Source of the DNA: the human T2T-CHM13v2.0 reference genome, Homo sapiens
Assembly: GCF_009914755.1 (NCBI RefSeq)
Contig: NC_060936.1
Direction: 5' to 3' (one strand)
Length of the DNA: 64,000 nucleotides
The position numbers were made by a program, and so were the translations under genes. The notes under the pieces are model-generated. The model did not search any database. It had not been told where the DNA came from and saw only the letters and a program-made list of their open reading frames with translations. Positions 40,270 through 50,890 of this stretch are shown here, in pieces. Every line of letters begins with the position of its first letter. Position 1 is the stretch's first letter.

Positions 40270-40356
40270 CTTGTGTGATGGACCCGCGGATGTGGTGCTG
40301 CTCTTTGAGGTGGTGGGGGCTGTGTCGCTCCGGCGGGATGGCACGGCCCATGAGAC
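40270..40356 (-). CDS. NCOR2: NCOR2 exon (GLMGRAIPP...IRGSITQ)
   Basis: AG/GT boundaries; 87 nt. Confidence 0.94.
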
Positions 40357-40618
40357 CTGGGTAGGAGAGGGTAAGGCCATCATTCCGTGGGTCCCTGAGC
40401 CGACACTGGGCAGTGACAGGGGTCAGTGTTTACAGCCGCCAGTGGTCATCCCCACGATGATGGTGGAGTAGGACCCAGCACGGGAAGGTCCCTGCGCTAC
40501 CTCCGGATGGAGCCTCAGAAAGCCCAGCCTCGGTTTCCCCATCTGTAAAACGGGGTCAGCCATCCCCCCACCGCCCACCAGGGGGCACCGAGAGATGAAG
40601 TCTCCTCCCTGCTATCAC

Positions 40619-40759
40619 CTTCGATGCTGGCTGAGGAGATGGCTCTGCCCACGCGGCCCTCCATCATGTCATAGGTGCGCTTGGGGGCGGCCGTCTCATG
40701 GGGGGGTCCTGAGCTGCTTCTGCCGTCCTCCTTGGAGCACTGGGTCACAGACATGCCAC
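40619..40759 (-). CDS. NCOR2: NCOR2 exon (GGMSVTQCS...SSASIE)
   Basis: AG/GT boundaries; 141 nt. Confidence 0.94.
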
Positions 40760-41144
40760 CTGGAAACCACACAAAGCACTCGGTGAGGAGCTGGGCACGG
40801 GCCCAGGACCACGGTGGGCAGGCAGGACAGGCAGAGCCGGTAGGCAGGAGCCAGCAGTGCTTCCATGCTGGCCCCGTCACAAAGCCTCACAGCCGAGGCC
40901 TCCAGAGGGAGCTGGCAGCCTGCAGGCCCTGGGGGCCTGCCAGCAGGACCCAGGAGCTTTTCCAGGGGGTTGCACGGTGGGAGATGCAGGGCACGCTGCC
41001 TGCACCCTGTACCCTAGCCCTCCAGGGTGCTCTGTCTGCAAGCAAGGGTGTGCCTGTGACCACATGAGCACGTGAGTCTGTGTCCACACCCACGGGTGCC
41101 GACATGGGGCGTGAACAAGTGCACACACATGCACGTGAGCAAAG

Positions 41145-41350
41145 ACGCATCAGCAGTGTGTGGATGTGTGGCAGGCAGGAGCACACGTGCACCGATACAT
41201 CGGCAGCAGAGTGTGGATGTGTGGCAGGCAGCAGCACGCGTGCACCGATACAGCAGAGTGGAGGTGCGGGCAGGCAGGAGCACGCGTGTGCACCGATACA
41301 TCAGCAGTGTGTGGACGTGTGGCAGGCAGGAGCACGCATGTGCACTGGCA
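41145..41350. repeat. Degenerate ~50-bp tandem repeat x4 (cagcagtgtgtggatgtgtggcaggcaggagcacacgtgcaccgatac)
   Basis: Direct inspection. Confidence 0.8.
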
Positions 41351-43031
41351 CGGGTCTTGTGTGTGCAGGAGTGGATGTGGGCACATGCACGTGAGCCTGG
41401 CTGCTGAGAACTAAGTGGGTCCATGTACACACATGTACCAGGGTGCAGGCAGTACACGGCTTTGTATGTATACACGTGTCACACCCAGAAACCTGTGCCG
41501 ATGTGCATGTGAGTGTCCGACCACAAGTCTGCGTGTGCACGGAGAGGTGTGTGTTGCAGGCAGTGGTGAGGGGTGGCAGGGGTGGCCTCGCCAGGCCAAA
41601 GGAGCCTACATGGGCCCGGCTCACTGCTCCCCGGACAGGCAGAGAGGTGAACAGACGGAGGTGGCCCCCGAAGGTAAAGGCTGGGCTTTGCCCATCTAGC
41701 CAGGGCTCTCCTTCCAGGGCAGCCGAGTCCAGAGCTATCAGAAATGAGCCCCGGGAGCCCCCGCCCCACCCCTCAGAGGGAATGAGCAACTGACAGGCTC
41801 TCGGGCTTTTCAACCATTGCTTCGTGTGGCCCACGGCCCGTGAGCTACTCCAGGGGTTGCCAACAGGAGGGTACTAGGTTGCTGTTCAGAAAACGTTCCA
41901 AATTAATCGCCGATGTTTAAACATCGGGAGATTTCAGATAAAAACGGAGATGAGAAACCTGGCTGACCGGTGGCCGCAGGGGAGTGGACGGCGTGAGCAG
42001 GCACCACAGTCCTCCCCATTCCCTACAGTCCTCCCCACTCCCTACAGTCTCACACCTGCCGCTGCCTGCACTGCCTACCTGGCCCAGGGAGCAGACGAGA
42101 GTTTAAAGGCCCCGACTGAAACCCATGATGAAGACGATACGCTGAAGGCCTATAAAGGCTCAGGCACTGGTCTGGGGTCCCAAGGTGGGACTCTACCCAG
42201 TGACCTCTCAAGACAAGCTCTTGACTAACCCCACCACCAGCCCTTCCCAGGCTTCCCGCCACCCCCAGGGCACTCGGTCCAGGGGCACCAGGGCATGAGC
42301 TGGCACCCAAGACACAGCTGCAGGCCTGTCTCCAAGGCTATCTCTGTGGCAGCAGGGAGTGCATTATGTTCCTAAGCCACACGGTGCCACCTCCACCTCC
42401 CAGGCCTGGGGAGGGGGCTGCGGGCACAGGCGGAAGTGGATGGAGGAGAGGCAATTCCGGGCCTCGCAGCTGCAGTGCTGAGAGAGGCGCCCATTAGCAG
42501 CTTTCATCTCCACACCCCTGGGTGCCCTAGGCTGCCAGGAAATTCTCTTTCCCGGCACTCGATTCCCTTAACTCCTTCCTGGCAGGGTCTCCTCGTTCTG
42601 GAACCCAGAGCCTAGAGAGGGAGAGGATGGGGGCTCCGCAGCAAGAGCCTGGGACACAGTGGGGCGAGGGGCACTCTGGCCATGGCCTCTTTCGTGGCCA
42701 ATGAGAGAGTGCGTGGTTTGTCAGTACGGTGCTGGAGGCCTGGCGGCGTGAGCTCGGGCTTCTGTTCCGGGCCTCAGTTTCCCTCCTATGCTTCTAAAAA
42801 GGTTGGCCATGAGTTTGTTTCCTAAACTGTAAAGAACTGGGCAGAGGTGGGAGGCAGCTAAGGCCAACGCTTCCCTGCTGCTGGCTTGCATACCTGCAGG
42901 GATAAGGAGGTCACCACCTATCAGATTGTGCTTTCTGATGTCAATCCAGCCCTGCCTCCCTGTGAAGCTACCTCAGTGGGCCAAGCACACTCCTCCCCTG
43001 GTCCTGGGCCTCCTCTCCTCCTGCGACTCAC

Positions 43032-43182
43032 CCTCATAGGACAAGACGTGGCCCTTCTTGCCTTCGTAGATGACGTGGCCCTTGGGCAGGCTGTCCTCCC
43101 GGCCGCGGTCCAAGCGACTCGGGCTGTCCTCGCCGATGATCCTGGTGATGGTGCCCTTGTACAGGACGTCAGCTGGCGTGCC
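43032..43182 (-). CDS. NCOR2: NCOR2 exon (GTPADVLYKGTITR...HVLSYE)
   Basis: AG/GT boundaries; 151 nt; translated by hand. Confidence 0.94.
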
Positions 43183-43769
43183 CTGCAGGTGCAGAGGGGT
43201 GAGCGCCCAGGAGGCTGCAGCCCAGGACCCCTCTCAACTCAAATGCAGGCAAAGACGTGCTTAAAAGCCCATGTGCCCACCGATGCACACGCGTGTCCAC
43301 ACACACACTGTCTCAAATAGGTAAGAGTTTGCATGGAACAAAACCCTATGAGGAACCTGAAGAATGAAGATCCCTTGTCAAGTGCTTCCCATGAGTGGAC
43401 GCTGTTCTGGGTGCTCTCTATGGATTTGCTCATTTAATCCTCGAAACAACCCTAAGACAACCCTATTGATTATGCCTGTTTCAGATGGGGAAACCGAGGC
43501 ACAGGGAGGCACAGTGACTTTACCCGGGGTCACCTGGCTAATAAGGGGCAGGCGGGGACTTGAACCCAGGCATTCTGGTCCTGGAGTCTGTGTCCCCACC
43601 ACTGCGTGGGGTCTACTCAGAGCCTTGACATTCAGTTACCGAAAACGGTAACTGGCGGGGACGCTGGGGTTTCTGCTCCTGTGCTGTACCCGTGACCACG
43701 TCATGCACTTTGGTTTCCTAAAACCAGGACAAGGACTCACGTCAGGGCAGCACACCGGAAATTTTAGTT

Positions 43770-43992
43770 CTAACCCAGGTTTTCCACCTCGGCCCTCCTG
43801 ACAGCTGGAGCTGGACCCTTCTTTGCTGTGGGGCTGTCCTGTGCACTGTGGGCTGTTAACAGCATCCCTGGCTTCAAAGCACTAGAAGCCAGGAGTACAC
43901 GCCTCCCCAGTGTGTCCCCCACCAAGTTAGGACAATCGAAAATGTCCCTAGAGAGTTGGAGGCAAAATTTCCCCCAATTGAGAACCACTGCC
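43770..43992. mobile_element. MER20
   Basis: gggctgtcctgtgcactgt...agcatccctggc...ttgagaaccactg. Confidence 0.8.
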
Positions 43993-44825
43993 ATATAGGG
44001 AATGAGCTTCCCGTTGGAGGATGTGTTCAAGCAGAGAGGAGATGGCCACGTGGGGCAGCATCCTGCCTTGGGTGACTTTCAAGAACACAAGCATCAGAGT
44101 TAGAATATGACTTTGGAAGCAGAATGTTGGGTGTCAAACAGCAACTTTACTACCAAGCTGCCGTGGGACCTCCTTTCTGAGCCTCAGTTTGCACATCCAC
44201 AAAATGGAGACCTTCTGCATTGATGATTCTCAAAGGCATCTGGCACAGACGACGGGTCCCCAAATCTCAATATCCCTCTTCTCTTTCTAGGGTTCCAGGA
44301 GCAGATTCAACGGTAAAGGTCCTACTATATCCCAAGACCTGGACCAGTGAGCTCTGAGTCTCTGGCTGGACTTGCTTGGCTGGGGACATCCCCTGGCAGA
44401 GGGCAGCACCTGGTACCCCGGGGAGTTCACCGCAGATCCTGGTCTTTGCGGAGGGCAACAGCAAGACGCCCTGAATTCTGATGAGCTCCCCCCAAACTTC
44501 CCAAAGCAAATACTCTGAGCAGCATCTCCCTGCTGTGCTTTAAGACACCTGTACACTAACAGTGTGGCACAATAGGTGCTGAGTCAGGTGACAGCTCGGG
44601 GCAGCCACCTCTCCCATCAGGAAAGCACAGGATTCCTGCAGCATCCTGGCGGGAAAAGCCCCCCAAGAGGCAGCTAACACAAGTGCACCCCTTTCTGTAT
44701 CCAGCCCTAACATCAGATGGTCCATGTCAGAACTGGGTTTGTACTGCAGAAATCAGTGGCTTACTGAACACCACAATAAATGATTTAAAAAGGGGGGCTC
44801 TCCATGGTGAAACTGAGGCATCTGA

Positions 44826-45113
44826 TTTTTTTTTTTTGAGAAGGGGTCTTGCTGTATTGCCCAGGCTGGAGTGCAGAACACTGTCATAGTTCACTGCAGC
44901 CTCAAACTCCTGGGCTCAAGTGATCTTCCTGCCTCCCAGTCCCAAGTAGCTGAGACTACAGGTATGTGCCACCATGCCCAGCCAATTTTTAAATTTTCTG
45001 TAGAGACAGGCCTCTTTTTGTCCAGGCTGGTCTCAAACTCCTGGGCTCAAGCTATCCTCCCACCTTGGCCTCCCAAAATGCTGGGTTGACAGGCAAGAGC
45101 CACCGTGTCCAGC
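44826..45113 (-). mobile_element. Alu (AluJ-like)
   Basis: Alu consensus. Confidence 0.9.
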
Positions 45114-46538
45114 TTGATGTTTTTGAGCTATAGTATTTTAGAGGTGCCATCTTCAGGGACATGGACAGAGAACAGAAATCCAGCCGGTGGCCCCTGCTCT
45201 TGGGAGAATACACTGGACAAACTCCCATTAACAGGGAAGCTTCTGTTTGCATAACGTCTGCTTCCAGGAGATGAGCCTGTAGCCTCTTGCTCTTGGCCCC
45301 AATGAACTCTACTCCCAAGATGGGCAGGAAGTCCCTGGAGGATCAGGGAGCTGGGACTTCCTTGACCTCCCTTGCCAGCTGGGAACCACGTGGTCCCTGC
45401 CTGTGGCACCTACTCAGTTAATAAACGGCTCTGTGCGTGCAGGCCACACGCTGACTTCCTCACTATCTGGTAGTGAGACTGCACGGAAGTTTGACCCTTG
45501 CCTATCTCACATGTTTTGGCAGCTGGCTGTCTGCCAAAAGCAATCAAAGAGATGTGTGTAACTGGGAGGTTCGAGGAAGGGCGCGGGTCATGGCCACTCA
45601 GGAACCCAGAGCAGGTGGATGCCTGGGAACTTCAAAGGTCCCTACGACTTCAGGAGAATGACTCTCCCAGGAATACTGTTAGCAAAGGGGAAACGGAGTC
45701 AGGGCAGGCCGCTGCCTGTCTGAGTAGGTGGTGGAGCTGGCACCCGAGGGCCCTCAGCCTGACTTTTGTCCAAAGCACTTGCCCTTCCCACTCAGCACAG
45801 CTGCCTTTGAAAGCTCAGATTTTTAAAACCTGCAGATTTCAGAGAAGGGCAAAGTGTAAATGGCTCCTCTGTGGTGGGATTTGACGCTGCCTGAGTGAAA
45901 AACACCTCCCTGTGGACCATCTTGTTGCCCGAAGCTCCACTGTTAGAACATGCATGCACGTGTGCAAGTGTGTGGACCCACGCTCTGTCACTGTGTTCTA
46001 GAGCCAGACACACGTGGCACAAAACCTTGGGTCCACAGCTCACCAGCTGCAAGGCTGGGGCACCAGTCCTGGCACGATTCAGGAACCCTCTCATGCTCTG
46101 TCTTTGCACATGCTGTTCCCTGAGCCTAGAATGCTGTTCCCTGAGATTCCCGCATGGCTTGCACCCTCAATTTCTTCTGGCCACAGCTGACATGTCACCT
46201 TCCTCACCTGTCTAAGCAATGTCCGTGGCCAGGCATTCTCAGCCGCGGTACGCTCACATTCTGCCTGCCTGCTCGGTTTTCACCAGCCTACTTATTTACC
46301 CTGGTCTGTTTCCTTCCACTACATGGCAGCTCCCTGAAGGCAGAGTTTTGAGCTGTGCTTGGCAATCCCAGTGCCTGATTCCATGCAGACTAGATGAAAG
46401 TTCATGGAGTGAACTGCTGTCCCCCAGTCATCACCCCATCGGCTGAGGCTAATGGTTTGGTGACAATGAGGGGTTATAAGATGGGCTGGCCCCGTGCTGG
46501 TCCCAACCGTCCTTCCTGCCGCACCCCAGGACACCTAC

Positions 46539-46642
46539 GTGGGTGATGGAGCCGCGGTATGTGATGGCGCTGTCCGAGGGCACCCGTGTGCTGGGAATGC
46601 CTTTGGTGATGCTTCCGCCCGGAACTGAGCCCAGAGCTGTCC
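46539..46642 (-). CDS. NCOR2: NCOR2 exon (GTALGSVPGGSITKG...YRGSITH)
   Basis: AG/GT boundaries; 104 nt. Confidence 0.94.
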
Positions 46643-46923
46643 CTGGAAGACACAAGATGTGGGGCTGAGGGGGTGTCTGTGGCCCTTCCTTCCCCAGGCC
46701 CCAGTCCTGAGAGCCACCCTGACTGAGAGACCCACAAGTTGTGCTAGTTGTTTCAACGCAGAGGGAGTCCCCCTACCCCTAAATGGTGAGGGAGACGGCT
46801 GTGAAGAGGGGCCCCCAGACCCTCTGGGAGATGACACTTCCCAGCAGGTTTTGAATAAAGGGCCCTTTGGGCACCCGAGGAACAGGGGCAGATGCTGGGG
46901 GCCCAGGGCAGAAGGGCCCTCAC

Positions 46924-47028
46924 CTCTCAGCACGGACGCCTCCTGGGCTGTGGGCACCCCCAGGCTCTCCGGTGGCCCAGCCTGGCCCCGTGGGGACAGC
47001 TGCTCCTGCTTCACTCCGCTGAAGGGTG
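46924..47028 (-). CDS. NCOR2: NCOR2 exon (APFSGVKQE...ASVLR)
   Basis: AG/GT boundaries; 105 nt. Confidence 0.94.
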
Positions 47029-47282
47029 CTGAGGACCAGTAAGAGGAGCGAGTCACGTGCTGCCGGAGCAGGGTCCCGGGAGGCTTGTCCCCACCCAACC
47101 TGAGCCAGGGGCTGGGAAGCGCTGCCCCTCCCCACCATGTTCCAGCCAGGGCTGCTGAGGGGGGACCTCCCAGCTGCTACCTGGAGTACCGTGGGCCAAG
47201 ATACCCCTTCCTCCCCCGCCCCACCCACAGGACAGCCAGAGCCCAGCCTGAGCCACCCAGACGGATGGGCCAGGAGCCTTAC

Positions 47283-47385
47283 CCAGCTTTTTGGGGTCCA
47301 TGGGCAGGGGCAGCCCCATGGTGACAGGGCCCACCGGGGCCTTGGCATGCTCTGAGTACGGGACGTGGAGCTGGACCGACATTCC
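47283..47385 (-). CDS. NCOR2: NCOR2 exon (GMSVQLHVP...MDPKKL)
   Basis: AG/GT boundaries; 103 nt. Confidence 0.94.
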
Positions 47386-47877
47386 CTGTAGGGGCGGAGT
47401 TGTGGGGTCACAGGGGCACCCTGGTCCCTCCCCCACAGTCCAGAGTGCCTGACGCTCCTGTTCAAAAAGCCCACGTGTGGGTCAGAGGCTGGGGCTGCTG
47501 TCCAGCTGTGTGACGGCAGACAAGTCACTGCTACTCCCAAGCCTCGGCCCCCTCCCCTGTGAAGGGGCCATGCCCTCTGAGCCCCTTGCATTTGCCCTTC
47601 CATTTCGCAGTGGGGGAAACAGGAGGTTAAGTAACTTGCCTGAGGCCACACAGCCTGGTTCCTGAGCCATGCCCTTGACTGCAATACAGAGTGACCCCCC
47701 AGGGACGAGGCCCTGAGTGCCTGGGGCAGGACCCAGCCAGCTCAGACCCCAGATGCCTGAGTGGAGGTGACCCAGGCCCCCGAGAGCCTGGCCCCCACTC
47801 AGACTTCATTGGTCCCATTGCCCCCACTTTACAGATAAGAAGACTAAGCCCCCAAGAAAGGAAGGGCTACCACTCAC

Positions 47878-48017
47878 TTGGGAGATGGCACCTATTTGCC
47901 TCTCGAGGACGCTGGGGTGCTTGGCAGAGGAGATGAGGGGAGGCGGGTTGGAGATGGTGGGTGGGCGCGGCAGGACGGGCCGGGCAGTGTCATGGAGGCC
48001 CAGGGGCAGTGGGTGAC
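47878..48017 (-). CDS. NCOR2: NCOR2 exon (GHPLPLGLH...IGAISQ)
   Basis: AG/GT boundaries; 140 nt. Confidence 0.94.
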
Positions 48018-49087
48018 CTGTGGAGCACATGTCTGTCCATTGTGGGGCCCAGGAGCGGTCACGTCCCTGCCGGACACACACTCCAGGCTGCACTCCACCT
48101 CTTCCCTGTCCTGGCCAGGAAGTGCCCATCCATGCGCACTCCTCTATTGCCCTGCCTGGCTCTGTCCTCATTAGTGACCCGAGTCCTAGGTGCAGACACC
48201 ACTATCCTGGGGAAGCCTCCCACCTCACCCACTGCCCAGGCCCTGATCCAAGCGCCCTCAACTCTCATCTGGATCCCCTGTCTCCCCATTTCCACTGTAG
48301 CCCCCAGTAGCCCCTTCCCCTTATAGGAACCAAAAGGACCTTTTTGGAAAAGTCTACTGGTGCACACCCTCCCTGTGCTGTGTGCCCTCGATGGCTCCCA
48401 CTGTCCTCAGGAGAAAGTCTTAGCCCCCGACTTGGCCTTCAGGCTCGCCTGACCTGGCCCCTGGGTCTCCCCAGCTCACTGGGCACCGAGCTTCGGCAGT
48501 GGTGGCCAGATTCAGTTTCTCAAGCTTTGCCTGCTCTCTCCTGCCTCTGGGCTTTTGCACTTGCTGTTCCGTCTGCCTGGCATGACTTTCCCTGTTCTTC
48601 TGGCTCCCTTGGCCCACGCATCCCTCGGGACCAGCCTTTACCAACAGCAGTCTGTACCAGCCCCCGGCTGTGCTGCTTTACAGCTGGTGAGGCCCAGCAG
48701 GACTGCAGGACCTAGAACAGGGCCGAAATGCAGCCTCACAGAGTCTGTGAACCAAGGTAGCGCCTCTGCTCCCTCCCCAGGCTCTTCTACCATCTGCCCA
48801 TTCTCTAGCTCTAAGCCGTCAACGGAAAACATAGCTCCCACTCTAAGCCTGCCCCTCACCAGCTCAAGCACCTGCTGTGGCTCCCTCTTGCCAGTGGCTT
48901 CCATCTCAACCCTGGGGCAGCTTTCTTAAAAGATCTCCCCCTTTCCCTCCACTGACCAGGCTGTTCCTCCAGCCAGGTCCCATAAGGCTTTAAGATGCTT
49001 CTGTGTGCAGCTCTGAGCCAGTGCAAACAGTGCAAACAGCGATTGTGCACTGGCTGAAGAAGCCCAAGCTCGGGCGGAGCTACTTAC

Positions 49088-49228
49088 CAGGTGGAGCGTA
49101 GGAGAAGGCTGAGGGGTCCGGGGCATGCGGGGAGGCCTTGATCACCTCACGGGGGGGCACGGGGAAGGGCAGGCCGGAAGTCCAGCAAGGGGGGTCCCCA
49201 GGCAGCTTCTGGGCCTCGGCTGCGAAGG
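49088..49228 (-). CDS. NCOR2: NCOR2 exon (AFAAEAQKLP...SYAPP); alternative acceptor at 49252 adds AEKPVFFP
   Basis: ttcccAG acceptor and GTaagt donor; several in-frame acceptors nearby. Confidence 0.92.
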
Positions 49229-49605
49229 CTGGGAAGAACACAGGCTTCTCTGCTGAGGGCAGGAGGTGGGGCAGTCAGACCTCGGGAGCCCTGGCTGACC
49301 CTACACAAATGGCCTTCCTGCACCCACAGTAGTGGTGGCCTGTGACGGCCTGGGCTCCTCCGGGAAGCCCCCCAAGTCTGCCTGCCTGGGCGCTGCTCTG
49401 TAACCCCATGGTATTCTGCTCAGCAGGGGAGGGGATCTCAAGGTCTGAGCTGGGGGCTCTCAGCTGCCGCTGAGGACGAGAACGGGACCCTCTGGCTTTG
49501 CAACCCCACAAGCACTCAACCAAGCCCAGCAAGCCAAGGTCCCTGGACAGGCCTCTAAGCCAGGAGGTGGCAAACGGTATCTCAGAGGGTCTGTCTGCCC
49601 CCTAA

Positions 49606-50041
49606 TTTTTTTGAGACAGGGTCTCCTTCTGTCACTCAGGCTGGGGTGCAGTGGTGCTGTCACGGCTTACAGCAGCCTTCACCTCTGGGCTCAAGTGATT
49701 CTCCCACCTCAGCCTCTCAAGTAGCTGGGAATACAGGCGCCCACCACCGCACCATGCCTGGCTAATTTGTTTTACTTTTGTAGAGATGGGGTCTTGCTAT
49801 GTTGCCCCAGGCTTGTCTTGAACTCTTGGGTTCAAGGGATCTTCCCACTTCAGGCTCCCAAGTAGCTGGGACTACAAGCACGTGTCACCACACCATGCTT
49901 GGCTAGTTTATATTTTGTTTTTGTAGAGATGAGGTCTTGTTATGTGTGCCCAGGCTGGTCTTGAACTACTGGGCTCAAGAGATCCTCCCACCTTGGCCTC
50001 CAGAGTGCTGGAATTACAGGCGTGAGCCCCCACGCCTGGCC
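49606..50041 (-). mobile_element. Compound Alu with three monomer arms
   Basis: The tgtagagatg arm start occurs twice after the right arm. Confidence 0.8.
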
Positions 50042-50044
50042 CCG

Positions 50045-50210
50045 CCGTCTGACTTTGTGAATACGCTTTTACTGGAGCGTGGCCACATCTGTGCATTTAT
50101 GTATTGTCTATGGCAGAGCTGAATCCTTGCAACAGAGATTGTCTGGCCCACAAAGCCTAAAATGTTCACTCTCCGGCTCTTTGCAGGAAAAGCTTGCTGG
50201 CCTGTGCTCT
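50045..50210. mobile_element. MER58A-like
   Basis: tggcccacaaagcctaaaatgttcactctccggctctttgcaggaaaag. Confidence 0.7.
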
Positions 50211-50890
50211 ACACAATGTTGAAGGAGGTAACCTGTGATGTGTGTGTGTGTGTGCGCGCACGCGCGTGCACGTGTATGTGCATGTGTGTGTGTGAGTGCA
50301 TGGATGTGTGTGTGCGCCTGTACACAATGTTGAAGGAGGTAACCTGTGATATGTGTGTGTGCGCGCGCACGTGCGTGCATGTGTGTGTGAGTGCATGGAT
50401 GTGTGTGTGCACCTGTACACAATGTTGAAGGAGGTAACCTGTGGTGTGTGTGTGTGCACACGTGCGTGCATGTGTGTGTGAGTGCATGGATGTGTGTGTG
50501 CCTGTACACAATGTTGAAGGAGGTAACCTGTGATGTGTGTGTGTGCACGCGCGCACGTGCGTGCGTGTGAGTGCATGGATGTGTGTGTGTGCATGGATGT
50601 GTGTGTGTGCCTGTACACAATGTTGAAGGAGATAACCTGTGATGTGTGTGCGCGTGCATGTGCATGTGTGTGTGAGTGCATGGATGTGTGTATGTGCCTG
50701 TACACAATGTTGAAGGACGTAACCTGTGATGTGTGTATGTGCACGTGCACGTGTATGTGCGTGTGTGTGAGTGCATGGATGTGTGTGTGCATGTACACAA
50801 TGTTGAAGGAGGTAACCTGTGATGTGTGTGCACGTGCACGTGCATGTGTGCGCGAGTGCATGGATGTGTGTGCGCCTGTGTGTGTGTGTT
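50210..50890. repeat. VNTR: 7 near-constant 28-nt cores separated by variable (TG)-rich spacers
   Basis: TACACAATGTTGAAGGAGGTAACCTGTG (two copies with one substitution) at 50210, 50321, 50416, 50505, 50614, 50701 and 50794. Confidence 0.95.

Noticed and set aside
50210-50890. CRISPR-like repeat/spacer layout
   Set aside because: Spacers are mutually similar TG microsatellites, there are no cas genes, and the context is a human intron.
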